A DNA stretch of 64,000 nucleotides, taken from Gonapodya sp. JEL0774 (lineage: Eukaryota). Positions 23,983 through 43,001 of the stretch are shown piece by piece; positions within the stretch are counted from its first letter, which is position 1, and the number at the start of each line of letters is the position of its first letter. Location of the stretch: the NCBI GenBank assembly GCA_027604505.1, contig JADIIX010000128.1:1-64000 (forward strand), in the 5' to 3' direction. The translations under genes were made by a program, and so were the position numbers. The notes below the pieces were generated by a model. That model saw nothing but the letters and a program-made list of their open reading frames with translations. It was not told the DNA's origin and made no database searches.

Positions 23983-26831
23983 ATGGACGAGGAGGACGCT
24001 GGCGCGGTTCAAATAATCAACGCCGTCGAACAAAATGACCTTTCGAATTTGAAAAGACTGGTTTCTAAATCTGCAAATGGTGCTAGTGGTGCGAATGGCG
24101 ACCCAAACTCGAGAAAGCTGGTTACATTAAATTGTCACGTGGACAAAGACGATGCCAGGTCGGACACGATCCAAGCAGAGTCGGCCTTGGCGGTCGCTAT
24201 TCTCAACGGAAACGTGGATGCCGTGAGAGTGTTGTTGGACCACGGGGCGAATCCAAACGCGCCCATTGGATGGAAATTGTCTCACTCAGGGAAATGGGAT
24301 CTTGCGTATTGGGCAGACAATAGATGGCACTTTCAATACAAGTTTTCTTCGGCGCTGATGATGGCCCTCGGCGGTGCAGGGTGTAAAGTCACCTTGTCGA
24401 ATGGGCACACGCGGGAGCACCCGTTTTCTCCGTGGCAACAGGACGCAGAGAACCAGGGGTTGTTACGGGTGAATTTAAAAGGAGGACATGTAGTTTTGGA
24501 TACTCCACAAAAGACCGGGGACCAGTACCGAGGTAAGTTGTTGTTGGTTGAGTGAGGCACAATCAAAACCGCGGGGGAAAGTACGGCGATGCCTCGTCAA
24601 CGAAGGCAATCAAGAATAGCACCACGTGCGCATCTTGACCCAGAAGGTAGAACAACGCGCGCGTCGTGGTAATTACTTGGAGCTATCGATTTTCCCAAGA
24701 GGGATTGGTCTTTGATCCCGGCGGTGTGGACTGCTCAACGTTTCTCGTTTTCTACAGAATTGCACCTTCCTCCCTCCGTCGAGATCCTCCACCTTCTCCT
24801 CAACCACTCCACAGCATTAATTACAGATGAATTCATGTCCCATCTCGAACACTCGCCTGACCCAGACGGCCGAATCGCATCGCTGGTTCAGGGCCACCTC
24901 AACCGCTGGCCTGAGACGAGGGTTGCATGTGTAGGTGTTGAGGAGGTCGTACCGGGCTGGACAAAGCTGCAGATGTTGTTCTCGCCAGTTGTGGAAGATG
25001 TTGAAGACTTTCAAGACCGGGACAGAGAGTGGAAGGGTGACGGCGGCCCAGATGCGCAGATCGCTGATAATCAGCCTCACGGAGCTCGAGATGCCAGCAC
25101 CGGCTCCACTCGTCCTCCACTTGCTCCCTCGCGTGATACCCGGTGGGACATCTATCGTACGTCTCGTCACTTCGACTCCGATACTCACAATCATCGAACA
25201 TCTGCCACTACAACTGCTCACACCCAAGGCAACAGCCGCCGCTTTTCCCTTCCCTTCGACCCCAATCTCACCCCCACGTCAACTTCGCCCACTACTTCGA
25301 CTTCCATGTCCATCTCGTCGCCGTCTTCATCGCCAACCGAGACCAACGGAGATAACCTGGCCGGTCTGTTCCTCAACGGCCCCCACACTGGGCAAAAGCC
25401 CGCTTCTGAAACAGCTGCCCCGATACCCCTCCACCTTTACCTTCCTCAGCTTCCCACGGGCTCGCATACCCTTGCGCCGTCGCGATCCTACGCTGCTCTT
25501 CGTGCTCCGACACCGAAGGAAGCCATGGCGTTGCTTCCAGTGTCAGAGGCGGAGGAGGAGCATGAGGAATCCAAATTCACTCTGGCTCATTCAGGATCAG
25601 GTGTTGCCAGCATTGGCGCCGGTGTCCCACTACAGGCCGATCAGAATCACACCAATGCTTCGCCTGTCCCAAATTCTACTCCTGCACCACAAGCACATGT
25701 TGCGCAATCATCACGGCCCCCTCAGCGATCACGAGCGTCCAACTTCACTCAAACCCAAGAGCTCAAACGCTCTTCCCGAGATCCACCACCATCCTCCGTG
25801 GCTGCTCTTGCTTCAACTCTCTCCCGCGCAGGGTCATTATTTCGTACCAAACCTTCGACTGTGATGACGTTCCACTCGAAATCGCCGTCCTCATCTACGA
25901 CGACCTCAACCTCCACCACCACGTCTTCGTCATCAGGTTCCTCGCAGTCACTGCCCCGGCCCATTATCCGGATGAACGGGTCTGCCGGCGCAGTTGGAAT
26001 GAGAAAATCGGTGGTAGTCGCTTCTGCGACCGCATCTGCGTCAGCGAGGAGCGGAGGTGAATCTGCGGGAAGGGAGCGAGCAAGGGCTGAATCTTGGGAC
26101 GCAACTGCTGGTCCTGCGCTAGCTCGCGCTCAAGCCCCTTCTCGTACTCAATCTCAGGGACACTTTCGAGAGAATGTTGTCGAATCCCCTGTGTCAACTT
26201 CGTTACCTCTGCCAGGACCCTTTCTCTTCCACAAGCACCCGACACCACCACCGAGTCCCGACGCTGTGGCCCGCCTCGTTGCCGATCAGCTCCGTGCTTC
26301 CGAAGATCTCCGCTCCGAAAACACTACGCTGACTACCCAGATATCGCTCCTTTCCGCAACTCACGCCTCATCGACATCCCACTTACACACACGGATTGCC
26401 GAGCTTGAGAAGGAAGTTGATGCGCTCCGTGGTGTGAAGGACGCCTTGAAAGGAACAGGTGGGCCGCACTGGGTCGGAAAGAAGGATGTGAAGCGGGTCA
26501 TGTGGGCTGCCGCGGAATTCGTGGCGAGAGATACGGATGAGATGGGAATGCAGATGGGGGATGTGGTGTTTGTGAACGTGGTGTATCCGGATGGATGGGC
26601 GAGTGTACGTATTTGTATTGATCGGCGGTTTACGAATGCTCTCGAGATCAGGAGAAACGTCATTCCGACGGTTGTTTTTTTCTCTAGGGCTTCCACACCT
26701 CCAAGAATGCCACAGGATTCTTTCCATTCGCTTGTGTCTCGCCAACCAAACCAAGCGGTGACCGGCCCGCTGTCACAGTGAACAAGGATGCGCCGAGAAG
26801 AACTGCGTCGGCTGCTGTCACGGTCATCTAA
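23983..26831 (+). CDS. Atypical ankyrin-like domain + S/T/P-rich region + coiled coil + SH3 (paralog C)
   Basis: Reads IINAVEQND...GDPNSRKLVTL...ESALAVAILNGNVDAVRVLLDHGANPNAPIGWKL...W..NRW. The SH3 reads MWAAAEFVARDTDEMGMQMGDVVFVNVVYPDGWAS|GFHTSKNATGFFPFACV. TAA at 26829-26831. Confidence 0.82.
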
Positions 26832-27353
26832 GGTGGCAGGAAATCAAGGTGATAGCGGGTTTCTGGTACTGGGATGTAGGTGGGAGAAAGGCCGCGATAC
26901 GTCGGATGTGACTCGGGGAGTGCTGTCTTTCATTTTACTCGCTCATGCTTCTTTTGTGGAGTGCGTGTGCGTTCCTATATAGTTTGGACTCATCATTATC
27001 CTGTGAAATCAGTGTGTTCTTATGTGGCTTGGATTCACCCTTAATTGTGATATTAGTGTTGCTCTAATATGGTTTGGACTACTGCAGGTTCCACCTTCAT
27101 CTTGCGTTGTGTTGTGCTATTGAGAAAAGCGTGGAGACACTCACGCAGCAGTAGATTGCTAAGCATGCAAGATATTACATAAACAATTTGCTATCGTACG
27201 ATGAACACTCCAGGTGCTCAATCAATAAATACATCATCACATAAACAGTTAGTACAGCAACTACATGTGATACGTACGATGCACGGTAGATTTGAAACAA
27301 TACGATCCTGATCGATTGGTTGTAAGAACGTTGTCAGAGCTTCTCGGAACTGG

Positions 27354-29753
27354 TCACAAACTGCACGACGTGTCCCAATCCTCTCTCAACTCCTGGTAAG
27401 CATTCTCGCACGCGAACACATCTCTCCACACTCTCTCTACTGCTTTTTCCAAATCCTTGTCTGCTCCCTCTTCCTCTGGCGCCGACACCTCGTACCTCAA
27501 GTATTGCAACAGCGACTTCTCTCTATTCCGAACGCACGTGCGAGTCACAGCGAATGTGGATCCCAGCGTGGTGCGGAATGGAGAGCGGCAGAGTTGAGAT
27601 GTGAGTAGGGTGCGAAGAGGAGAAAGTTTTGAATTGAGGGGGAGCCCGCAGGATGTCGCGTCGCACTGTAAACGAGAAAGGACTGTGAGAAAGGTGCGGT
27701 GATGAGAACGGCCTAATCCGTGAGTGTAAACCTCACACTACAGCACTCGTCTTTGCCAAAATGTACAAATCCTGCCGGTGATGCGTCAGGGAGGTAGGCT
27801 TGTAGTTGTTCACGCAAGCGCGGCAGTTGGGATGGATCAAGGTCCTGCAAATCGGTAGATTTATCCCCCAAGTATCGAGTAAGCGCAATGAAAAAGAAGA
27901 TTTCAAAGCGCCGGACTCACTCCGACAAACACCGTCCGCTCGGCAATCCTATCCCACTCCTCGACAACATGCCGCAACACTCCTGCAACCTCACCACCAA
28001 AGTTGGTCACCGCTACCACCCGATCCACACCAGCATCCAGCAGCGACTCCATAAAAGCTCTTCCGGGAGAAAGTCGAGAGTATATCGTAATGAGAGATCG
28101 GGGTACTGGCGTGGCGTCCAGCACTCTCCGGATCTCCCGCACAACAGCCTTGACATCGAAGAGCGTTCCATTCGAGTGCATAAATACCACTTCCACATCT
28201 GGTCGTCCACTGTTCTTCCAGCCAAGACCTGTTCTCACAACTGCTCTTTCTCGGGGACTGCTAGGAATCACCTCAGAACGTTCCCACCCTCTCCGCCACC
28301 TAGTCAGAGCAGCAGTATCAGCAGAGTAGTCTTCAAACCTTGCAAGATCGGTCATACGCGTTGGCGCTGTGGAGTTGGCGATATTCTCAAGGTACAAGGT
28401 GGTTTCGGGGCCCAGAGAGGAACTTGATGAAGAAAGTTCTTTGGCGATGTTACCAAAGCGGGCAAAGAATGCGTCACAGTTGCCGTGCCACTTTGTGCAG
28501 CCAGGGAAGTGGACTACAAAGTCGCCTGGGATGTATTTTGATCTGTCGGAAAGAACCCGTCGGTCAATGGCAAGATGCATGCGAATGAATTCAAATTCTC
28601 ACCCGCAATAGAAGGGATATGCATTGAACACTTGTTGTGGTATGACACGTATATGACCAGCCGAGTTTGCGTAGAGGATATCCTTCTCGGCAATGTGCAT
28701 GACACCTGCTTGATCTTTTGCAGGAGTGGATAAAACCACCGCTATGGCAAGATGTCAGAAGACTCAAAGCTCACCATTATATCTCCAAAGCTGCGGAACC
28801 GCTTCCTTATCCATTCCTCCAATCTCCCACATCAGTGGGAGAAATTTCTTTGTCCACGGAGAGTTTCTGATGAGCATGCTCCCGGAATTGAGGCCATGGC
28901 AGTCAGCAGAAATGAGGACAGACGCAGTATTCTGTTTTAAAAGTCGTTGTGCGGTGGCTGGGATGGGAAAGATCTCCGAATCAGGAAGGTACCAGTTTGG
29001 AGCGTTTGCTCGGGCAGTGGTGGAGTTGGGGTGGAAGGACTCCACGATATTGGGAGTTAATGCATTTGCGAATTCTTTGAGAATATGTGTTTCAAGGCGA
29101 AGGGTACTGTACGTAAATTGGAAGGAGAGTGGGATATAACAGTTATCTTGGTGACGTCATGCTGACAACGGTGGCCGCTTCATAGTATTTTGTACTCACG
29201 TGTTCATAATCAGCGTGTCCAAGTCTAGAAGCCATATCCAGTCAAAACCTTCTTCGAGTACAATCTGCGCAGCGAGTACTTTATTCCATGCTGCTGGGCG
29301 GTCCGCTTCTAGTGACTTCGTGAAGACTCGGCAGACACTGTGTGAGGATACGCCAGAAATCAGTTGGAACTTTGGTGGTCACTCAAAACGCCCAGCAACG
29401 TACTAATTTGCTCTTTCGCAGTACTCCAACTTGTTCGCTAATGAAAAGTCGGTGTAATTTTGCGAGCCGATGGCTAACAACACCAGAGCGATTCGTGGAG
29501 GCTGGCCATCAGAGCTCAGTTCCCATCGGGATAAATCCCGTGCTGCATCAGGACCCTCCATTCGGGTAGACATGCTCGGGTTACTGCTCCTTGTCATCGT
29601 CCGTCGCGGCTGGTCGCGAGCATGCCTTCTCCCCACTCCATGGGCATCTGCAGAGTAGGCATTGATGCCTGGAGATTCAATTTTCCACAGAGGTGTGACT
29701 AATGATACGGTAAAAAGAAGGAGAACTACGAGGAGTCTTCGGAGAAGAGACAT
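27354..29753 (-). CDS. GT34-family (Mnn10/galactosyltransferase-like) type II membrane glycosyltransferase with a C-terminal DUF3431-like domain
   Basis: Has an N-terminal TM segment (LLVVLLLFTVSLV) and GT34 motifs NKLEYC, AWNKV, DWIWLLDLDTLIMN, ISADCHGLNSGSMLIRNSPW, FNAYP, GDFVVHFPGC. The C-terminal part contains GEVAGVLRHVVEEWDRIAERTVFV and FAVTRTCVRNR...VERVWRDVF. Confidence 0.82.
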
Positions 29754-31762
29754 TTTCCGTCAACGTGTGCCGTTGATACGGCAACAGTCCTCGGGGGCAA
29801 CAAACGGAAGAAGACAAATGGAAGAAGACACAAAGAACTGCTAATTTGTGATTGCAAGTGATTGCAAGCTTAGAAGGTTCCGTCAAGAAGTTCCGGGATG
29901 TGGGGTCTCAGGCTTTGGTGCGGTAACTCCCCCTCAATCAGGCAAAGGACTGTGCTGCCTTAGTGCGGGGAACAAACTCCGAACAAAAAAAAATTCGTGT
30001 ACAAATGTGAGTTGTGATCGTTCTGATGTTCTGCGTGCACATACATTTGTATTACTGGATCCGTCGGAAAGTACCAGGCTTGCCGGTGATGCGCTCTTTC
30101 TGCTCAAGCGAGACGAAAAAAAGGCATGCAGTCTATCCGGATGCCTCGTTGAAAAATCCGATGCTTCCTGATTGGGTATCAACCAGCATCCACCATCCTA
30201 CACAACTCACGAACATACTCGGTTCAACTTCGACCACATTCACACTATGAGATCTCACCTAATACAGCCTTCAATTCCGTGTACCTATTTGTGCAAAGAA
30301 ATTGATGTCCAAAGAAAATTGCTTTTTGTGCATCCCGAAAGTGTGGGGAACTGGTGGGAACTGATCACAGGAAGGGCGGTGGTCCATTTCCGGATTCATG
30401 GCGATTTCGGAGTAGATAGTCTACGATGGCAGACGATGAAATCCGAAAATCTAAAGCGTATGAAATGAGATTGTGGCATCGTCAGGCCGGGCCTTTGCTT
30501 TCCTCTCATTTTACCAGCTCTGGTCAAAAATCGCAGGACTTGTGTAGAAATTTCGATCCGACAGATTGGTTTGAGAACGTGGGTTCAAGGTCAGAAAGAT
30601 ACTTGTGCTTGGTGCTGTGATAGCGGCCGACATGAATGCTCTCCTTTCAGCATACATATGAACATGGAACCTTGTCACACCAAAGACCATAACCCGCTCC
30701 CCCTCAACCCACACACGCGACACCCGACGGAAGCCGTGGGGAATCACTCGTGGGAATCAGCATCTGTCAATCCACCACCACTGTTGGTGACTGTCGGGGC
30801 TGCGGTGCCCAGTATTGCTACCCAAACCCGGTGATGGTCACTCTCCGCGTCAAGATGAAAGTCTCTCATCAAGCAGAATGCCGGCAATGAAATTGAACAG
30901 GGATGAGCGAATCTCGTAGAGGGCGTCGTCGTGATACAAAACCGTTGACGATGCTTCAACAACATCAATCTCGCAGGAGTAGGGCACCGAGCTCACGATC
31001 GTATGAAATAGCCATCGGGAGAGCGTCCTCGCAAACGACTTCTCTCGGCCGTTCATGGGACCTGACAAAGCAGGATGGAATGGTATGGGAATGGGTTCAA
31101 TTGGTTCTGAGTGTGGTTCATCATCAGGCGCAACCAAAACGAATCTCTTTGGAGAGCCATTCCTACGGCAAATGAGTACTCCAAATTTGTGGAGAAAATT
31201 TAAATATGGAATTAGAATGGGTGCTCTGTCCGTTCGGCTTTGCGATGTGCTAGCGGTCAAGTCTGTATGGACCTCGCGAAAGGCGAGGTTGCGCTGGATT
31301 CAGTGAAACGCGAAAATGTCCCTGACCGTGATCTATCCTGCCGAATTCCTTCATTTGTCTCAATATCAACTGTAACTCAAAACCAAGTTGTTACAACATG
31401 AGCTGAATTTTGGTGGACAGTCGGAATTATTTTAGCTTCGCTTTTCGTTCATCAAGTTTTGATATTCCGGTGCCTTATGACATTAGGAATTTGTCGTCAA
31501 CAGATGCCCGCATTCTATGCCCGTAGACCATGTGCTCAAAGATGTGAGCCAATCATGGTCCAGAGAGGCCCACTTCAGTTACTTCTCTAGAAATTTAATG
31601 GAGGGGAAGAGCTGATTTTGCAGCTCAATGAACGCAAACTTGCCGGGTGAGTTGTCCACCCACCCATCTTCGGCTTTGAGTTGAGCCATTCCGAACTGGT
31701 GTGTATTGATTGCTGAGGCACATAAAACCCCTATTCTCCTCGCGTCACTCCCATCCACAAAA

Positions 31763-32469
31763 ATGGATCTTCCGATTCGCTTTTCTCACGTGGGGATCAA
31801 TGTTACTGACATGAAGGCAATGGTAGGCTCCGCAGGGTGATCGTGGAGTTGTGGGGCAAGCGCTCAAGCCGTTGCACCCTTTTCCATTCCCTTGGAAAGT
31901 TCGACTTCTATAGCAAAGGCCTCGGTTTCGTCCAAACCGATGAGGGCGAATTGATGCTGGCGGGCAAGAAGGTCGATGTCTTGTTTCTATCGCGAAATCC
32001 ACGGGAACACCACCAGGTCGTTCTCGTGTCGGGACGCGAGCCCGGTGGATCCACGTCGCTTCAGCAGCTGAGTTTCAACTGCGGGCACATTGCATCGGTC
32101 CAAGAACATGCGAGGAGAGCCAAAGAGCATGGGGCAACGCAAGTGAATCCCATATCGCATGGAAATGCCATCTCGGTATATATGAACGACCCTGAGGGCA
32201 ATAATGTGGAGCTGTACACTGATACACCATGGTGAGAGTCTTCAGCAAAGCGTTTCCATGTTTGTGGAGATTTAATATGAATCCCATTCCGGACACATGA
32301 TGTAAGGTACGTGAACCAACCGGTTTTCCAACCAATACCTGGCTTTTTCGACAAACCCGCAGATGAAATCATGGCGTGGGTGGAGGAAGATACGAAGCCT
32401 CGCAGAGGTTTTGAACCCCGAAAGGAGTGGATCGCGAAGATGGAGGAAAAAATGAAACATTTTCTGTAG
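31763..32469 (+). CDS. VOC/glyoxalase-family protein, bacterial-like, 3 exons
   Basis: Exons 31763-31822, 31900-32231 and 32307-32469 splice in frame to give MDLPIRFSHVGINVTDMKAMFDFYSKGLGF..TDEG...FLSRNPREHHQVVL...HGNAISVYMNDPEGNNVELYTDTPWYVNQP. Confidence 0.88.
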
Positions 32470-32641
32470 TTTGATTTAATAAAATGAAAAAGAGAAATTT
32501 TAGAACCACAGTCTAGCACTTGGTACTGAATGGTTGCAACAGGACAAATTATAAGATCTAACAAAACTGCGACGCTACAAAAACTTCAACTGTTGCTAAT
32601 GCAAACACGCCCAATGTGAAGTTCCCGCGTGGGTGCAATCT

Positions 32642-37688
<5,047 letters not shown>

Positions 37689-38432
37689 GCTGCTGAATTC
37701 TTAGAAGTAGAAACGCAGTTTTCGGCAAGCAACTCAGGCGTGATCTCAAGTATTAATTAAATTTTAGGTTCAAGGTTGCAAAACCCCCTGTTCCTTAACT
37801 GGCTGAGTTCTGGGTATAAGTATGACATCACACAAAGTCGCAAAATCTAATCAGCTGATTGTGACTGATTGGCTTCCAATTCAGTGATAAAACACTAATT
37901 TCACATTATATAATTTTGATTCGAAACTGTCAGGTCCGCGTAACACACCACATTGCATGCCAGAGTTCCCCGCGCCTGCATTCTCCCCACTGGAAACGAG
38001 AATACCCTTGTGAGTGAGTGCACAAAGAACGGTAAATTGAGTGTAATTAGTTGATGCATGTGTACATCCATATGCATGTTCTAGATTGGCTTTGCGCTGC
38101 CTTTATGACCCACGTTCTCACGCACGTGGCTCCACAAGTCTGAAGCCCTCCATAAGATGTCAATCAGCGATTCAGAAGGATGGAGCTTTCCATGGAGCCT
38201 GTGCGGTAGACTTGCCTTCCAGTCTCTCTCCCGATTACCACCGGATCCTCCATTCACCAACAGATGAAATCTACCAAGAATGGCGATCATTTACCGTAAT
38301 TAAATTATTACGCGACAACAATGTAGATAAACAAATGTGATGTACAGCGCCTCACTCCCTCGCTCTAATAATCGTATCTCTCCCAAAATTTGAATGGAGC
38401 ACCCTGGTTCCCACTCAACAAGGATTTGGTAA

Positions 38433-41400
38433 CTAGTGTTCATAACGGCCCATGAACTTCTTCTCAAGAGGGCGCGCAATGAGGTAGGTGACCAGGGCCA
38501 AGCCGGGGCCGACTTCACATCCCAGGTCTCCACCGAACATGCCAAACTATTGATCGCACGAGCGAAAAAGTGTTGTTGGCAATCATTCGCATTAGAAGTG
38601 TCGGTCAATATAGTCAAGTACTCACATTGGCGGCAATGGGGCCTGACGAGAACATCATGATCGTACAGTGCGTTGAGGGGCGGGTTGATCAAGGACGATT
38701 CACAACGGTCATCCCGGGGCTCTCTCTGCCACGAAAAAGATTCCCGCAGACTTACCAATGTACCACACTTGCGCCATGCTATTGAATCGAAAACCCATCG
38801 AGGTGTTTAGCAACTGCGGAAAACGTGAGAGGAGGAGGGCAAACAGACTCACCTTACGACTGCACCAACGATGCCGACAACGAAAGCAAGGGAAGCTGCG
38901 ATACCGTAGGGAAGAAGGTCCGGAGAGTTCCACGCCGTGGGGTCGTACTTGCTACCACGAAACTGTGAGTTAGAGGGAAGGTTCGATAGGAAGATGTGTG
39001 ATCTGGGATGAGCGAACGAGCCAACACTTTGGTCGATCTCAAACAGTCAAAACTCACGAAATCTTCGGTGCAAATAATCATGACTATTTTTGGTTGAGTA
39101 GATTAAGTCGGGAAGTCGGTGGGCAGAGCGAATCAAGAAACGTCCCAAAACGACACAGACACGAATCGCCGAGGTAAGTTTATACCACTTGTGGGGCAGC
39201 AGCGACAAAGGAATACTCCCTATATACGGTAGTCCAGTAACCAACTACGAGTAAGAAGTTCTCGAGGGCAGTGTTGAAGCTGTTCGCGCCGAAGCAAGCG
39301 ATCAGGACGTCTACGGCGAAAGTCATTGATTGAAGAGTAAGTCCCCGGCAAATCGTGAAAGATAGAACGATGAATGGTTTTGGACGGTGATAGCACGTCG
39401 TTAGTCGTAATTGCCCCAGTACGAGAAAGTAAGAAGAAGAAATCGTAGGTCAGTAACAATCTGTCCTGTATCCTATCGTACGCAATACCAAACACCCACA
39501 GATAACAGATCCGATGAGAGTCCACCAGTGCCTCTTAATCTTCAAGAAGAAGCGGGGCCCAAACACTTGCATACACAAACCCAACGAGTAGTCGTTCGGA
39601 ATGTTGTTGGCGACGGTACTGAGCGCCAAAAGCACCATGCAGAATGTTCCGAATCCACCGAGCGAGTCCGTCATAATAAAGCTCAAGAGACCTGTAGTAT
39701 TGACACCCCCGAGCACTTCGGCATAGGCGTCGTTGGAGGCCGCAGTGGACACGACCAACAACCCCAGAATCTCGACAAAAGTGAGGGGAATGAAGAGGCC
39801 GAGGAAGCTTAGACCGCCAACCACAAGGCGGTTAGAGTTTTCAGGCTGTGGTGAGGTTGATGGGTTGGAAATCGTGGATACGAGATGACGGAGACGAAAA
39901 GCTGGAGGGCACGAACCATTGCACAGTTGTAGTCGGTGATGGTGGTAGCCCATCCAATTGCCTTTTGACGAGAATTCGGAAGTGAAGAAATCACTACCTG
40001 AGCGCGAACAACAGAGGGTCGTGGCACTTGTAACCACCGGGTACTCACGAATCCAATAATGGTACCGATGTATGATAGTATCGATCCTGTGTGACCGGCA
40101 GCGTCTTCGTTGAAGTCAGGAACGCTGGTGATATACTGTGCATAGCAAATCAAAGTACAGAGGTGATTCGAATATGGAGTTGTGGGGTGTGCTAGGTGTT
40201 AGTCTCCATTGGACGAGCATCGACTTTGTTGCAAAGAACAAGAGAACTCACAGGAGCACACTTGCCGAGGAGAATTAAGAAGATGACGAGGAGGGGAAGC
40301 CACGCCCATCGTTCGTACTGAAATTTGTGTCAGACCATGGGGGGTCCAGATTGATTGGGATCGGCAACTCGACCAACCAGCGGAATCACTTACAGCGTGT
40401 ACCCATTGGTAACCGAAGACACTAAATTACATGAGCACAGCAGACTCAATAAATAAAGAATGGCGGTTCAGGCTTTACTCTAAGCGCTACTCACCCAACG
40501 ACGATGGTGAGGAGGGATAAGAGGAGAATGCCCCCCCACGTCGGAAGTTTACCGTCTGAAAGGGCGTTGAGGAGGAGACCACCGGCGATGACATTTACAC
40601 AAGACCAGCCTGAGGATAGGAGAAGAAGACGGAGGTGAGGTAGGCAACATCTCAACGCCATCTTGACAATGGAATAGTGGGATGCAAGAATTTCCACTCA
40701 CCGACACAAGAAATGGCGTTAAATAAGGCAATGAATTTGCCGGGATCTGTGCGGTTTGTGAGGTGAGAGCCAAATAAATTAGAAGCTGATTACCACGATG
40801 ACTCACAGTACCCAAAGGTGAACCTTGTGAGAACCATTCCACGAACCCCCAAGCGTGGGCCCAGAGTTGCCACGTAGCCGACAATGAGACAGCAGACAAA
40901 GTTGATGGCCACGACGATAGCGATGGCTTCTTTCAGGGAGAGGGCAAAGATTGTGAGTCCGAGGCTACATCACGATGTCGTGTCCGGAAAAACAAGCCCA
41001 TAGGAGGAGAGAAGAGCAAAAAAATTTCAGGAAGGAAGATTATTATAATTCTTGGAAGTATTGTGCTCCGTGTCGGTAACTCACGCTCCGGTTGTGAGGG
41101 TCGATAAACACATGTTGGCGCTGGACCAGAGACTGAAGTTGGCAAACATGCTAGTATGGGTGCGATCCTCGGGAAGAATACGCTCGATTCCTCGGATCTC
41201 AACCCCGAGTTTGCTGAAAAAACGAACAGATCGGCGTGACAGACGACGATGAACATTCCTTGATTCCCGGAACCCTCGGAGGGCGAACACCACGGAAAGC
41301 AAGTCTCACTTTGTTGCCTCCTGCGTGATTGGACGACATTGGTGCAGAGAGAGGAACGCCGAAGTGTTGTTGATCGTTTCGGTTCGCGATCACACCAGAC

Positions 41401-41478
41401 AATGCGGTAGCAGCGACTCACATGAACGACGAACTCCTCCTTTGTGTCGAGCTTCTCGAGGTCAGCTTTCTCGTCCAT
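38433..41478 (-). CDS. NCS1-family purine-cytosine permease (FCY2-like), many exons
   Basis: Reads MDEKADLEK..., LGVEIRGIERI, FSLWSSANM, ATLGPRLGVRGMV.TRF.FG, GWSCVNVIAGG, YERWAW, STVANNIPNDYSLGL, LENFLLVVGYW, GMAQVWYIG. Stop at 38433-38435. Confidence 0.88.
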
Positions 41479-43001
41479 GGCTGCTGTGTCTTTTCGTCGG
41501 GGTGGAAGGAGGGGGGGGGGGTTTGATTTAGGTGGAGGAGAAAGAGTGGTTGGTTTAATGTGGTGGGTCCAATATGGGCCTGGGGCCGAAGGGGGAAAAC
41601 GAGGGAGGGGCGAAAGTGGCACATCGATAATCGAGGAGCGGGCTTGGCGTGGACCCGGAACTTTCATGATCGTTACGACGACACTCACGTGTTAGAAAAA
41701 GTAAATATACTGATAAGGAGATTTGGGAAAGTGGACAACGATCCGCGGTTCCGATCACCATTCGGTATACTGGCATCACGAGTAGTAAAGGTCGACTATC
41801 TTATGTAGACGGTATGATTTTACACTTCTGTTGCTTACAACTTATTTAGCAAACGGAAAGAGAGCAAGAAATTCGAATAATGCTGCAGCGTTTCCTTCCC
41901 ATCTCACGCGCGGCACATGACTCAGTGTTGAGAGTAAATGAGCCGAAGCCAAGCTTTCCAGCGATTCGCGCGGGGTCCTCTATTCTAACTCCACAGGGCC
42001 GAAGTGGACATAAATTAATTTGGAAGGTGTTTTAGAATGAGGGGGCACCGGCCCGCCCTTGGATTGATTAGAGGACAGGCAGCCAGACCATAGCAAGCGA
42101 TGCAAACAAGCAAGCTACCCAGCTCTCAAACGCTCAAGTTGTCTTCTGTCTATACTGACAACAGTTGAAGGAATGCTCTTCACTCATAGTCAATCGCGTA
42201 TGGTTCGGGTTGAATTTGTTCTGCGGAGGTGGCAATGACGGAGCTGCTGATACGACGGTGACTCTTCGGAGTATCGCAGATTCGCAGATTATCTTTCTCC
42301 TATTAGTTCATCAACGACTTCTACATCTCACGGAAGCTCGCGCAATTGATTCTTGATGTCGTGCGGAATGGGAGCTGGATGGAGCTGCGTTGCAGGCGTC
42401 GTGAGTTCGTTGAGTCGGACGGAGGACCAACGGATTCCGGACACATGTGAATCGATGGCATGAGATGGCAATCGATGACAAAGAGGAAAATTTGACGGCG
42501 ACGAAGGAGAAGAAGCTGACAGGCAGACAGGCAGATAAGTTTCGAGGTCAAGGCTCTATCGAAGAGCACACCGGGAAACCTCGAAATCCAACAACCCCAT
42601 TGGCTTAGACAAGGTTCGAAAACCAGGAGAAAGTGGTTTGGAAACGCTTCACCCGTTCTGCTTGGAGGGGAGCCGGTAGGGGGTCTGTCTATCTGCATTT
42701 GCAAGTGCCGCGTTCTTTCAACACAATTATGTATGAGTTCTCAGCGCGACAACGCACGAATCGAATTGACTGAAGCAGAGCTCAGATAGAGGGAGGCTGT
42801 GTTTCTGTCTGATTTTCCTAACCCTGATGGAACTCGAACAAGACATCAGTCATTTTGCTCTTGCAACGTGTTGTACATTAAGACAAACAATAATGAATAA
42901 CATATGTGGGTTTGGAGGAATCTGGGAAGAACGCTTGCACAGTTTGTGCTTGCCCGTTCATTACACACCAATCACCAAAATCGCACACCAGCGAACACAG
43001 C

